Positions 25,891-41,658 of a stretch of DNA of 64,000 nucleotides are shown one piece after another (the first letter of the stretch is position 1; every line of letters begins with the position of its first letter). The notes beneath the pieces were generated by a model. That model was given only the letters and a program-made list of their open reading frames with translations, searched no databases and was not told the DNA's origin. Source of the stretch: the human T2T-CHM13v2.0 reference genome, Homo sapiens; the NCBI RefSeq assembly GCF_009914755.1, contig NC_060925.1. The stretch is one strand, 5' to 3'. Position numbers and translations under genes: made by a program.

Positions 25891-26779
25891 AACCTCCCAT
25901 TCCATTCTGTGCTACTATGTTACTGCAATCCAAGCAAACGAATGCATCTCTGTCCAGATTACTGTGTGGGCAGGACGCAGAGCGTTACACCTTTCACACC
26001 TGTGAAAAGGGGGCCTCTTTCAGAAGGAAGGAGGGGAAGCTGAGTTTCCCAGCTTCCCCTTGTGGTTTCTCTATCCAGCCAAATTTTGCAGCTGCTCCCA
26101 GCAAGTCACATGTGTCCCTACTCCACGATCTGCCCGTGACTGGCTCTGCACTTGTTTATTCACTTACTCATATTTCTTTGTCCACCTGTGCATTTGTTTT
26201 TTCGTTCACCCAACACATTCTCTTGCCCACACCTGTATGCCAGCTGCTGGTCCAGTTGCTGGGCACACAGCGCGAACAAGACAGAAAAGAGCCATGTCCT
26301 TGCGGAATATTCATTACAGTGGGAGGAAAGGTCACTGATTAAACAATACTGACATCAGCGTAAAATGACAATGGTGGTTAAGTGCTGCCCATGACAGCAA
26401 GTGGATGCAAGAGCAATTAGCTGGCTGTCTTCATCGCCCAGCTAACCCTGACTTTGCCTCTGGCCTGTTTGTGAAGCCTGTGCTTCCATGTGAGGACAAA
26501 GACCACTCAGGTGTAGAAGAGCCTCATTGTGCTGTTAAGTGTTCTGCCGGTTGCAAAACATGCATCTTGAGCACAGATGTGAGCATTAGTTTGTGCCTGT
26601 CCCCACTGCAGCAGTGTTTTTGGCAGATGACTGAGGGATGCTCTGGCTGAAGTGGCAGGGATGCATGACACCCTTTAGGGAGTGGATTTCCTGGATAAAG
26701 ACCAAACAGTGATAACACTAGAGGGTTGTAAAAGCCCCAGGTGGTCTCTGCAGGAAGCTTGGGACCCCAAGTGTAGTGC

Positions 26780-26965
26780 AGCACAGTGCTCTCAAAGGGT
26801 GGGTGCCAGACCAGCAGTACTGCCTGAGCTTTTAAGAAAGGCGAATCTGGCCCCATGCAGACCTAATGATTCAGGAACTGGGAGGGCTCAGCAGGTGGCT
26901 TCACCATGCCCTCTGGGGGCCACTGATGCAGGATGCTGATGCTCCTGGAAGTTGAGAAGCCTGGG
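26780..26965. mobile_element. MER5A-like MITE
   Basis: CAGTGCTCTCAAAG...CTGATGC...AAGTTGAGAAGCCTG. Confidence 0.6.
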
Positions 26966-27039
26966 ACAGGGTACAAACATGGCTCTGGGGATAAGCAGAC
27001 TCCAGTTTAAGAACTGGCCTTCCACTTACTGAGGCTTAG

Positions 27040-27352
<313 letters not shown>

Positions 27353-28254
27353 ATTTCTCTTATCTTTAATAAGGACATAAAAATAGCACCTAACTTCTAG
27401 TACTGACTTCTAAAATTGCAAAGATTACATTAGGTAATGCATGTCAAGTGCCTGGGACCTAGTACAAGTTCCATAAACATTAGCTAGTTATTATTTTATT
27501 AGAATGATAATTCTCCTGTGTGCTTATGGAGAACAGGCCTACTTAGCCTAAACATTGGAGCATTAGGAGGTTATCAAGCAAACCTCAGTATAACCATAGC
27601 CCTTTCTTGAGCTGGCTGCCTGCCTGGCCCTGTGCTCTCTGCCCACCAAGCAGAACTGGTGAGGCCGGAGATGCTTCCTGGCTCAGCACCTCCTTAGCCC
27701 GAGGGCTTATAGGACAAGAGTTGTCAGGAATCTGGGCCTCAACTTGCTCCAGGAACTGCAACCTACGATCAGGCTACATTTGCAAACTGTCATCACAACA
27801 CCAGACAGTTCAAAATCAGTGCCTCATGCATGATCTAAACAAGGGTGTTGGCTTTGTGGGGAGAAGAGGGCACAGGAGAGTGACGTGCTAAATAGGTATG
27901 TGTGAAGGGCAGAGTGCCATAGAGTTTTCCATGGAAGAGCCTCAGCACTCCAGGGATTCATGTGCCAGAAAAGCCGAGTGTGTCTTGCCTCTTTGACTTC
28001 TTGATTCGTTTGTCCCTTTAAGCATCCCTATTTGTTTACCCAAATAGGAGGTTGCTCTAAGCTGTAATAAAGCTCTCAGCTGTGCCACTGCAGAGGACAG
28101 CTGCACAGGCAGGTCAGAAAGGCCAAGGGAGGCTTGCAAATGCACTGAGCTAATTTCCAGAACATGCACATTCTGTCCACCCCACTCCTCTGTACTGAAG
28201 TTTTAACTGAGTGATACTGGAGGAATCCTCCTGTGTCTATAAGACTTCCAGGGC

Positions 28255-28585
<331 letters not shown>

Positions 28586-28765
28586 TCACGGACACACCTG
28601 CTTCCCCCACTTGGGGCCCAGGCACAGCCTTGTCAGAGGACACAGAAATGGGTTTTCCTCAGCACCTTCTAAGAATTCCCTGGGAGGTTGTCAAGTTGTT
28701 GGGACAACATATCGGGTTCTCAGGTTCATCCTGTCCCAAAGGAGGAGACACAGACCAGTTTGGAG

Positions 28766-28860
28766 ACGTCTTAGTCTGTGTTGTGCTGCTATAACAGAAT
28801 ACCTGAGACTGGGTACTTTATAAAGAACAGAGGTCTTACGGTTCTGCAGGCTGGGAAGTC
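28766..28860 (-). mobile_element. MaLR LTR (MST/MLT1A-like), left part, split by the MER41 element
   Basis: GTCTTAGTCTGTGTTGTGCTGCTATAACAGAATACCTGAGACTGGGT...GGCTGGGAAGTC; continues at 33400 as CAAGGTCAAGG. Confidence 0.8.
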
Positions 28861-29409
28861 AGAGGCGTGTGAACCAGAACAACTCCATCTTGAATAGGAG
28901 CTGGGTAAAATGAGGCTGACATCTACTGGGCTGCATTCTCAGATGGTTAAGGCATTCTAAGTCACAGGATGAGATAGGAGGTCAGTACAAATGCAGGTTA
29001 TAAAGACCTTGCTGATAAAACAGGTTGCAGTACAAGAGCCAGCCAAAACCTGCCAAAACCAAAATGGCAACGGGAGTGACCTCTGGTCGTCCTCACTGCT
29101 GCACTCCTACCAGCACCATGACAGTTTACAAATGCCATGGCAACATCAGGAAGTTACCCTATATGGTCTAAAAAGGGGAGGCATGAATAATCCACCCCTT
29201 GTTTAGCATATCATCAAGAAATAACCATAAAAATGGGCAACCAGCACCCCTCAGGGCTGCTCTGTCTATGGAGTAACCATTCTTTTATTCCTTTACTTTC
29301 TTAATAAACTTGCTTTCACTTTGCACTGCGGACTCGCCCTGAATTCTTTCTTGCGTGAAATCCAAGAACCCTCTCTTGGGGTCTGGATCGATACCCCCTT
29401 CTGGTAAGA
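28857..29409 (+). repeat. 5' LTR (MER41A-like)
   Basis: ~553 bp; AATAAA at ~29303; direct repeat of 32843-33399. Confidence 0.9.
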
Positions 29410-29415
29410 TGTTTC

Positions 29416-29434
29416 TGGTGACCACAGAAGCGAC
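29416..29434 (+). other. Degenerate PBS (tRNA-Arg-like)
   Basis: TGGTGACCACAGAAGCGAC versus TGGCGACCACGAAGGGAC. Confidence 0.6.
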
Positions 29435-31512
29435 TATACAGCAGAAACCCCCGACCCAAAGGCTGACTTGGGGTAAGTGGTGGGGTCCAATAACATCTTT
29501 CTCTTGGACCACAAAGGGGACAATACTGAGGAGACCCCCGACCCAAAGGAAATAGACTGTTGCACTGATTGGAGGACTTCGGGTAAGTGGTGGGGTACCT
29601 GGGTAAAGAATGGGATTGGGTTAGAGGCCCAACTTAGGGGGGTTAGAGTCTCTCCTAAGACAGAGTGGGTTAGAGGCCCCTCTTAATAAAAGGCAAGGAC
29701 ACTTTACCAACCTCGGGTTAGAGGCCCAACTTAGGAGGGTTAGAGTCCCTTTTAAGGTTTACGGGGTTAGAGGCCCCTCTAAGTAAAGTTCCTCTCGGCT
29801 AAAAACAGATTACTGCTAATTAATCTGCCTTGCACTCTTTGCTGATAGCCGTGGATGACGGGGGTAGGCAGGTACAGGATCGTGGGACTTTGGCAGCTTT
29901 TTCCTCCCTAAACGGGGAAACTTGAGAGCTGATGGGATTGCTGGGAAAGATCCCTTTGCTACCGACAAGCGGCCACCTGAACTTTTCATTGTCGGCTGCA
30001 ATGAGTGGGTCTTTCTCTGGCCTTCCTAAGCTCTTCACCTTCCCCACCCTGCCACAGCCAATACTTTCCTTCTCTACTTTTCCTTTCCTATCTTTCCTGT
30101 TACTCAGTGCAACCATCTTGCCCAGAGACCACGTGTTGAAACTCCAAGCCAGAGGCTGGATTAAAGATGACGGGGCCTATCTGGGGGCAAATTTAGCCCT
30201 TGCCAGTTTGATATTGGGTGCTACGCAGAGTGGATAATGTCTATGTTTTATCACACGTATTTTGCGATGGCCAGAATGAAAAAAAATAATTTTCCTTTAT
30301 GATGCAACTTGGCCCTCAGGGTGATGGTGCCTCAAGCTGGATCACTAGGGCTACTCAGAGAAAGGGAACGCAGAAGCCTGGCATGCTGACAAAAGGGTAA
30401 GAATTTCTTACCAGTCAGATTTCTGGCTTCTCTCTCTCTGTGCAAACAGTTGAATGAATGGTTAAAAAAAAATGAAATAAATCAGTGTTTATCTCCTCTG
30501 TAAAGTTTTGATTAATGCGAAAAAGAATTCTAAGGCTAGTCTTAAGTTGGTGTATTTTGCGCTATGAATTCGTTTTTCTGTGTTGAAGGGTACTCCAGGA
30601 TAAAACACGGGCTTAGAACACCTGTAAGCCCACTTTTCAAGATGACCTGCAAGCTGGTCAGTAACAAACTTGGCTGCAGGTCCCTGAAACAACCAAAAAA
30701 GTTGGATGAAGTCTCCACCTTGTTTTATGTCCTTGGGAGCTTGACATTTTAACCATGTGGCCATACTTTCTCTTGGTCTCCGCCTTCCAGGGAACAGGAA
30801 TTTTAGGGTTCGTATCATAGTTAGCTCTAAATATCATATGAGATAGTTAAAAGCCTTTGCAAACTCAAAATTAACTACTCTAGACTCCTTCTGGGAAAGC
30901 ACCTGGACACGGCCCTGTGCTCTAGCTCAGCAGTGAAGGTTTTGCCCTTTCCGGTGGTGATCTGGGTTCAATTCCCAACCTAGAAAGTAAGTTGTTTCTG
31001 GTTTAATATCTTCGTGACCTTGTCTGTTCTCTTCTCCTCCACAGACTATCCTAAATTTTCCTTTCTCTAAGCACCTGGGAGGTTACCTTTGGTAAAATTC
31101 AAAAGCCAGAAATAGCCATTTGGCATAAGAAATTCTAAAAGTACTTTATTAAAGAATGCTATGGTTAAAATCAGTTTAATTAAAAGCGAATATTCAAGCT
31201 CTAACAGCCTGGACCCCTTGGGAAAAGCAGGAAGCATCAGAGATCCCTTTCCTGGCCCCGTTTTTCCAACGGCTCCACCATAAAGCCAGTAATCCAATTA
31301 AGAAACAAAAACTAGCAAATGAAAAATCTTACAACTACCGTAGTAATCTTCTTCTGCCTTTCTGTGTAGCTATATATGTGTTGTGTGTAATGCTTATATA
31401 AAAGAGCTCTACTTAATTGGCTTAAACAAAAATAAGCACTTAAATATTTTGAAAGCAAAATAAAAACTGTAAATAAAAATTTAGTAATCTTTGGGAAATA
31501 AAAACAGCTTTA

Positions 31513-31854
<342 letters not shown>

Positions 31855-31912
31855 TTATGCAGGTTAGATATTAAGTTGTTAAATGCTTTAAGGTCATAAA
31901 CTCCTTCTTCTT

Positions 31913-32205
<293 letters not shown>

Positions 32206-32842
32206 TAAACTGCTTCTTTAACTTTTAAAAATTGTTCAATTTACCTACCTGAAAGCCATTGGATTCTAGATAAGGCCTGGGACATGTGGAATTAGCCATG
32301 GCCCCTAACTATACAAAGAAGATTATAAAGAAAGAGATTTTATATAAGAAAGGATCTTGTATGGTAAATTCTTGTCCTAGAGTAAAATGAATGGTTGTTT
32401 AAAAGGAGGGCAAGTCAGAAAGTCTGAGAATGTCTCAGATGGTCTGTGTAAGTCGTGAAAGGATTTGTGGAAGGGAATTTATATAAGAAATGTTGTACAA
32501 TTCAAAGGTTGTTTGGCCTCCTAAATGCTTCATAAAATGCTACCATGACTCTTACTGTACAACTTTCCTGCTTCAGTAAGGTAAGGCCTGGGGACATGTG
32601 GAGTTAGCTTGAATAGGTTAACTCTCCTAGCTGTGCTAGAGCCTCAGCCCTTAGTTGCACTTCTGCCTGGTGTGTCCTAGGCTAGACTCCACACCTAGTA
32701 CACAATTAAAAGCAAAATTGCTTACTAGGAGAGTTAACCTATTCATCACCGCTATTCAGCCTGAAGAAGTGACAGAAGATGGATCTTTGTCCCTCTGCAA
32801 CCCTTAGGATTAAGGGATCTCTTATAAAAGGGAGGGGGTCAA

Positions 32843-33399
32843 TGTCAGGGGCATGTGAACCAGAGCAACTCCATCTTAAATAGGAGCTGGGTAAAATGAG
32901 GCTGAAACCTTCTGGGCTGCCTTCCCACACAGTTAAGGCATTCTAAGTCACAGGATGAGATAGAAGGTCAGCATAAGGTATAGGTTATAAAGACCTTGCT
33001 GATAAGACAGGTTGCAGTAGAAGAGCTGGCCAAAACCTACCAAAACCAAGATGGTGACGAGAGTGACCTTTGGTTGTCCTCACTGCTACACTCCCACCAG
33101 TGCCACGACTGGTGTTTACAAATGCCATGTCAACATCAGGAAGTTACCCTATGTGGTCTAAAAAGGGGAAGCATGAATAATCCACCTCTTGTTTAGCATA
33201 TCATCAAGAAATAACCATAAAAATGTGCAACAAGCAGCCCTCAGGGCTGCTCTGTCTATGGAGTAGCCATTCTTTTATTCCTGTACTTTCTTAATAGACT
33301 TGGTTTCACTTTGTACTGCGGACTCACCCTGAATTCTTTCTTGCTCGAGATCCAAGAACACTCTCCTGGGATCTGGATTGGGACCCCTTTCCTCTAACA
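32843..33399 (+). repeat. 3' LTR (MER41A-like)
   Basis: TG...CA ends; follows the PPT. Confidence 0.9.
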
Positions 33400-33673
33400 C
33401 AAGGTCAAGGGGCCTGTATCTGGCGAGGGCCTCCTTGCTGAATCATCCCATGGTGGAAAGTGGAAGGGCAACAGCGCACTTGTGGGAGAGAGAGCAGGAC
33501 ATCAAACTCACAGCCTCAAGCTCTTTTCTAATTGGCATAAATCCATTCATGAGGGTGGAGCCCTCATGACCTAAACACCTGCCATTAGGCCCCACCTCCC
33601 AACACTGTTGCATTGGAGATTAACTTTCCAACATGTGCTTTCATTTTCTAGGGGACACGTGCAAACCACAGCA
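33400..33673 (-). mobile_element. MaLR LTR (MST/MLT1A-like), right part
   Basis: ...ATCCATTCATGAGGGTGGAGCCCTCATGACCTAA...GGCCCCACCTCCCAACACTG...CAAACCACAGCA. Confidence 0.8.
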
Positions 33674-34108
33674 AGGCCCTTGACTGCTGGGATGAGGTCG
33701 TGGCAGGTTGGGATGCAATGGCCTTACTTGAGGCTGATGGACCCTGGGCCTGTGTGTACAACTTGCTCTTGACTTAGGTTTCCCTCTGCAGGGGCTCTGA
33801 TCCCTTCCCCCACCCCACCCCCTCTCCACCGCTGCACCAACAACCAGCAAAGGCTCCAGTACATTCCCCATGTGCTCCCCTGGCTTCCCCATTGGGGCTC
33901 ACAAAATGGGGTGAAAGAGCTAATACCCCAGCAAAAGATATGCCAGGCCAGGGTCAAACCAGAGGGAAAAAGAGTTATCTATCCCCTTTGACCTCACATT
34001 CAGATATCAATTTTCTCTGGTCATGCTGATTTCTGTTTTATTATTTATGTTTCTTTTGTTACTTGGATTCTTGAAAGCCACCTAAACTCATTTATAAAAA
34101 AAGACAGA

Positions 34109-34415
34109 CTTTTTTTTCTTTTTCTTTTTTGAGACAAAGTCTCATTCTTGTCCCCCAGGCTGGAGTGCAATGGCGCAATCTCGGCTCACTGCAACCTCGC
34201 CTCCCAGGTTCAAGTTCTCCTGCATCAGCCTCCCGGGTAGCTGAAATTACAGGCATCTGCCACCATGCCCAGCTAATTTTTGTATTTTTAGTAGAGACGG
34301 GGTTTCACCATTTTGGCCAGGCTGGTCTTGAACTCCTGACCTCAGGGGATCCACCCGCCTCAGCCTCCCAAAGTGCTGGTAATCCCAGCCCAGGCATGAG
34401 CCACCATACCTGGCC
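34109..34415 (-). mobile_element. Alu (S-like) with a local micro-inversion
   Basis: Antisense dimer; TAATCCCAGC in the opposite orientation at 34380-34389. Confidence 0.92.
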
Positions 34416-35199
34416 CTCTTTTTTTTCTTTTTAAAGTAAGTCTACTCTTATCTCAAAAGCAGATACAGTGTGATTCTGGGGGAGAAAATTATCCCCTAGT
34501 ATGATGGGGCACAGTTATGTCTAAGACATATGAGAAGGTGGGGGGAGCCTGTGGTGTGTTGACCGCTGTGCTCACTTAGCTTCCAGAAACATCCTTTTAC
34601 CTTATTCCTCTTCCTTCTCCCTGTTGCTGCCACCTGCTTCCCCTATTCCCCATCCACAGAAGGAGGGTCAGATGCCGCTTGGGAAGAGACAGTTCTCTCC
34701 TGCTATTGCTTTGCCCCTCTGAGAGTTCTCACAGAGGTAAAGGAAGAGGGAACCCCCATCTCATGGCCCCCACCCAGGCCCCTCATGCATAGGCCCCACA
34801 AAGCTCCTGGTGCACCCACCCTCACACGTGCTTCTGAAACCCTCCTCTCCCCACCTCACCGCAGCCTCAGGCCCCTCAGTGGCCCTCAGGCCTCCCCCTC
34901 GCCCCTTGTGTCTGACTCAAGCTCCCCAGCATCCTGTTGGATCTGACGCTCTCTCCCACTGAGAGCCCGGTGTAGGCTGCCAATCCCTGTTGGTAATAAA
35001 CCCCTAAACCTGACTCTATGCCAGGCAGACACCTGTGTGATGGGGCTCCAGGCTCTGGGTCCATGTGACTTCTGTCCCGGGAGGCAGCCTATGGCACCGC
35101 GCACAAAAGCCTCCAGGCAGGAGCCCACTACTTGGGCTTAAATCTGCCACTTAACTGTGTGCCCTTGGTCAAATCACCTGACTGTTTTTTGTTGCTTGC

Positions 35200-35358
35200 T
35201 ATTGTTTTTAAATTTTATTAAAATACACACAACATAAAATGTACCATTTTAGCCATCTTTAAGTGTACCGTTCAGTGGCATTAAGTACATTTACAATGTT
35301 GTTCAAATTACTACCATCCATCTTCAGAACGCCTTCCATCTTGCAAAACTCTAACTCT
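35200..35358 (-). mobile_element. L1MB-like 3' end
   Basis: AAAATACACACAACATAAAATGTACCATTTTAGCCAT...TTCAGTGGCATTAAGTACATT. Confidence 0.8.
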
Positions 35359-35990
<632 letters not shown>

Positions 35991-36004
35991 TTTAAAAACC
36001 CTGA

Positions 36005-36355
<351 letters not shown>

Positions 36356-36802
36356 TAAAATGAGAATAATAAGAATATCTACCTCCTAGGGTTGTGGTGA
36401 GGATTGGCCCAGGGAATCATTTTCCTTGGTGCCTGGCCATCTAATTGCCCTTGTGTTGGTGATTATGTTTCATGTTGAGAAGGGCAGGAAGCAGGTGTAA
36501 TTAGACGATGAACTTTTCTGAGGAAGCAGATGGGGTGGAGTTGTAAGAAGGAAGTCCATTCCGAGTCCTTGGGCATCTACCCTGCAAGAGACAAGAGTTC
36601 ATCAATGTTTATTTGAACATCTGGATCCCAGGAGAACTGCTGAGTTTTCCTAATTATGTAGACTCTAATAATTTTGAATTTGTGATCATTTATAAAGAGA
36701 AGGCAGACGTTCCTGAGTCTTTAACCAGGCAACAGTGAGGCTGACCTCATTTTTGACACGTACTAGACACACACTAGGTTGAGTGCAGAAAATATTTCTA
36801 AA

Positions 36803-37124
36803 TTTCTTTCTTTTTTCTTTTTTTTTGAGACAGGGTCATACTCTGTCACCCAGGCTGGAGTACAGTAGTGGAATATTGGCTCACTGCAACCTCTACCTCC
36901 TGGGCTCAAGCAATCCTCCCACCTCAGCCTCCCTGGTAGCTAGGACGACAGGTGCACACCACCACACCGGTTTTTTGTTTGTTTGTTTGTTTGTTTTTGC
37001 ATTTTTGGTAGAGACGGGGTTTCACAATGTTGTCCAGGCTGGTCTCAAACTCCTGACCTCAGGTAATCTGCCCACCTTGGCCTCCCAAAGTGCTGGGATT
37101 ACAGGCATGTGCACTGGAGCCTGG
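36803..37124 (-). mobile_element. Alu (J-like) with (TTTG)n linker
   Basis: Antisense dimer; TSD-like ATTTCTAAATTTCTT. Confidence 0.9.
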
Positions 37125-37316
37125 TAATTCGGTGATTTCTAAATTTCTTAACATAATAAACTGCCTCCCAGACCTTCAGCAGGGGTTTCTAGGAATATGG
37201 TTGCGAATTATCTCACCTTCTAGTTAAGCAGATATTCACCGATATTTTTTCTTAATTCATTCTTTAAAAAAATTTTAATAGTTAATTTTGGTAAAATACA
37301 CATAACATTTACTATC

Positions 37317-37625
<309 letters not shown>

Positions 37626-37784
37626 TATCTTAACCATTTTTAAGTGTACAGTCCAGTAGTATTAAGTGCATTCACATTGTTGTGCAAACCATTTAAAAAT
37701 ATATATTCATAAAAAGTCTCATGAGTCTCATGAAACTATAAAATGTAATTACATTTAATAAAAAATTTTATTAAAAGGAATAAA

Positions 37785-37960
37785 ATAGCCAGGTATGGTG
37801 GTGGTGCACCTGTAGTCTCAGCTGCTCTGGAGGCTGAGGTAAAAGGATCACTTGAGCCCAGGAGTTCGAGGCTGCAGTGAGCAATGATTGTGCCATTGCA
37901 CTCCTAGCCTGGGTGACAGAGCAAGACCCTGTCTCAAAAAAAAGCAACAAAAAATCAAAA
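37785..37960 (+). mobile_element. Alu right monomer (FRAM/AluJ part)
   Basis: TAGCCAGGTATGGTGG...GAGCCCAGGAGTTCGAGGCTGCAG...A-tail. Confidence 0.85.
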
Positions 37961-38503
37961 ACTAACAAAAAGGAAAAAAAATCATACCTTTAAAATCTGG
38001 GAGATGTAGACCCCAATTCCGTGGAATCCCACCATACCAGCCAGAGGCCTGGACTCTCCCCTCCTCCCAGTACTCACCACATGACTGGGAGGGGGCAACT
38101 GAGCAGGGTCCTCATTCTAAGGAAAGATCCAGCTGTAGATAAGCAGCAAAAGTAAATGAAGCAAAGAAAGGAGATTACTCCAAGGGGCTTTACAGCATCT
38201 GTTAAACCAAATGTTTTCTGACATTTGCAATAACTCTCTTGGGATCTTACTCTGAGGACAATAATGACCTCATTTCCCCCTAATTTCCTCCTCCAGCCAA
38301 CCCTCAGGCAAGCCTGGGACATTCTCTTGAGGTGAAGGGATTGACAGAGCCTGAGGCTGAGAGGGGTGAGGGGTGGGAGGCGCTGCCTGCAGTCCAGTCC
38401 TGCAGATGTATATGTGCAAGCGAGTGGGCTGGCACACTGCCACTGGGAGAGAGACCTCCCAAGCCCCTCAGTGCCTCATCCCCTCCCTCTGCCCCCATCC
38501 TAA

Positions 38504-38870
<367 letters not shown>

Positions 38871-39335
38871 TAGTTTATAGCTTTACTGAGATTATAATTG
38901 ACGTACAATAAACTGGACATATTCGAAGTATACACTTTGATAAGTTTTGACATATGTATATACCTGTGAAACCATCACTACCAGATAGTGAACATATACA
39001 TCTTCCCTGAATGTTCCCTCCAGCCTCTTGTAATCCTTTCCTGCCCCTCAGTACCCCAGCCCCTTCCCCCCCACTCTCAAGTAATCACTGATCTGCTTTT
39101 AAATTATAGACTGATATTCTTTTATAGAATCTTATATATATGGAACAGCACATTATGTACTTTTTTCAGTCCAGGTTTTTTCACTCAGCATAATTATTTT
39201 GATATCCATCTGTTGTTGCACATATCAATGGTTCATTCCTTTAATAGCCAAGTAGTATTCCTTTGTATTAATATACCATAATTTGTTTATACATTTCACT
39301 GCTGATGGACATTTGGGTTGTTTCCAGTGTGGGGA

Positions 39336-39714
39336 TGATATGGTCTGGCTCTGTGTCCCCACCCAAATCTCATCTTGAATTGTAATCCAAATTGTAATCT
39401 CCACATGTTGGGGGAAGGACCTCATGGGAGGTGACTAGATCATGGGGGCAGTTCTCCCATGCTGTTCTCATGATAATGAGTGAGTTCTCACGAGATCTGA
39501 TAATTTTATAAGGGGCTTTTCCCCTCTTTGCTCTACACTTCTCCTTCCTGCCGTCATGTGAAGAAAGATGTGTTTGCTGCCCCTTCCACCATGATTGTAA
39601 GTTTCCTGAGGTCTCCTCAGCCATGTGAAACTGTGAATCAATTAAACCTCTTTCCTTTATCAATTACCCAGTCTCAGGCAGTTCTTTATAGCAGTGTGAG
39701 AACAGACTAATACA
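39336..39714 (+). mobile_element. THE1 solo LTR (THE1C/D-like)
   Basis: TGATATGG...CTAATACA; 5-bp TSD GGGGA on both sides. Confidence 0.92.
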
Positions 39715-40415
39715 GGGGACATCACAGATAAAGCTGCTATGAACATTTGTGTACAAGTCTTTGTATGGACACATGCTTTTATTTCTCTTGGGTAAATACC
39801 TAGGAGTAGAAAGGTTGGATCACATGATAGGTGCATGTTTATTTCAGAAACTATCTCATCCTTTTCCAAAGTGGTTGTACCATTTTATAGTCCCACCAGC
39901 AGTGCATGAGAGTTCAGGTTGCTCTATATCCTTGCTAGTATTTGGTACTGAAAGTCTTTAATTTTAGACATTCTGCTAGGTGTTTAGTAATAACTCATTG
40001 TGGTTTTGATTTATATTTCCTTAACAGCAAATAATTTTGAGCATCTTATTTGTCATCTGCATATCTTTACTGGTGAAGAGTCTATTTAAATCTTTTGCCT
40101 ATTTTAAAAATTGGGTTGTTTATCTTTGAATCTTGAGAGCTTTAAAAAATATAACCTAAATACAAGTTCCTTATTAGATATAAAACTTGCAGTCTGAGAT
40201 TTGTCTTTTCATTCTCTTAACAGTGTCTTATGAAGAACAGAAGATTTATTTTTAAAAGTCTAATTTATCTATTGTAAAATTGTATGGATCATATTTTGGT
40301 GTCATGTGTAAGAAATCTTTGCTTAACAGAAGGGCACAAAAGTTTTTCTTGTGAGTTCCTCCAGATATTTTGTAGCTTTGGTTTTACATTGATCAATTTT
40401 GAGTTAATTTTTGTA

Positions 40416-40711
40416 TAGTAGTCCCTCTTTATCTGAAGTCTTACTTTCCACAGTTTCAGTTACCCATGGTCTGAAAGTATTAAATGGTAAATTCCAGAAA
40501 TGAACAATTCATAAGTTTTAATGTGCACACTGTCCTGCTCCGTCTCACTAGAGTTGTGAATCAGCCCTTTGTCCAGTGTATCCACACTATGTAGTATGTA
40601 TGCATAGGAAAAAACATGGTCTATACAGTATAGGGCCCTGTACTATCCCTATTCAGGCATCCACTAGGGGTTTCAGAATGTATCCCCTTCAGATAAGGGG
40701 GGTGCCTACTG
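40416..40711 (+). mobile_element. Tigger-type MITE (MER44-like)
   Basis: TIRs TAGTAGTCCCTCTTTATC / GATAAGGGGGGTGCCTACTG; TA flanks. Confidence 0.8.
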
Positions 40712-40842
40712 TATATGGTAAAAGGTATGAATAAAAGCTTATTTATTTGCATTTGCATATCCAATTGTTGATCATCGTTTGTTGAAAATACTTTTTTCTT
40801 CATGGAATTGCCTTTGCACGTTTGTCAAAATGAGTTATGTAT

Positions 40843-41271
40843 TGTATTTGTTTCCTAGTGTTGCATAGCAAATTACCACAAATTTGATGGCTTAAAACAA
40901 CAGAAATTTATTCTCTCTCAGTTCTGGAGGCCAGACATCTGAAATCGATGTGTCGCAGGGCCACCCTCCCTCTGGAGGATCTAGGGGAGAACCCTTCCTC
41001 GCCTCTTCCAGTTTCTAGTGGCTCCAGACATTCCTTTGCTTGTGGTAGCCTCCATTTTTATAAGGCCATCTAGCCATATGGCTCTCAGTGTGGCCCTCTT
41101 CTTATAAGGATACCTGTCATTGGATTTAGGGCATATTCAAAATGCAAGATAATCTCATCTTGAGATCCTTAACTTAATTACATCTGCAAAGATCCTTTTT
41201 CCAAATAAGGTCATTTTCACAAGTCCCAGTGAACACATTTTTTTGGGTGGGATATAAGTCAATCCACTACA
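40843..41271 (-). mobile_element. MaLR solo LTR (MLT1D-like)
   Basis: ACCACAAATTTGATGGCTTAAAACAACAGAAATTTATTCTCTCTCAGTTCTGGAGGCC...CCAAATAAGGTCA. Confidence 0.8.
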
Positions 41272-41477
41272 CACATTTATGTGCAGGTCTATTTCTGGAT
41301 TCTTTTTTTTTGTTCCATTTGTCTTTTCTGTCAATATTACACTGACTTAGTGTAAACTGTAAGCAAGGTATGTCTCTCCATTTATTCAGATCTTTTAAAA
41401 TTTATCTCAGCAATATTTTATAGTTTTCAGTGTACAGGTCTTTCACATCTATTATCAGATTTATCCCTTTTAAAAAA

Positions 41478-41622
41478 ACTTTTATTTATTTAATTAATTA
41501 ATTTATTTTAGAGACAGGGTCTCCAGCTTATCATTCAGGCTGGAGGGCGGTGGTGCAATCGTAGCTCACTTCAGCCTTGAACTCCTGGCCTCAAGCAATC
41601 CTCCCACCTCTGCCTTCCAAAC
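41478..41622 (-). mobile_element. Alu monomer (FLAM-like)
   Basis: GAGACAGGGTCTC...CTCAAGCAATCCTCCCACCTC. Confidence 0.8.
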
Positions 41623-41658
41623 CTATTTCATATTTTTTATGTGCTTAAAAAGGGTACC

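Noticed and set aside
29618-29780. CRISPR-like or interstitial telomeric array
   Set aside because: The context is eukaryotic ERV leader, the units are degenerate and the spacers are themselves duplicated; not tandem TTAGGG.
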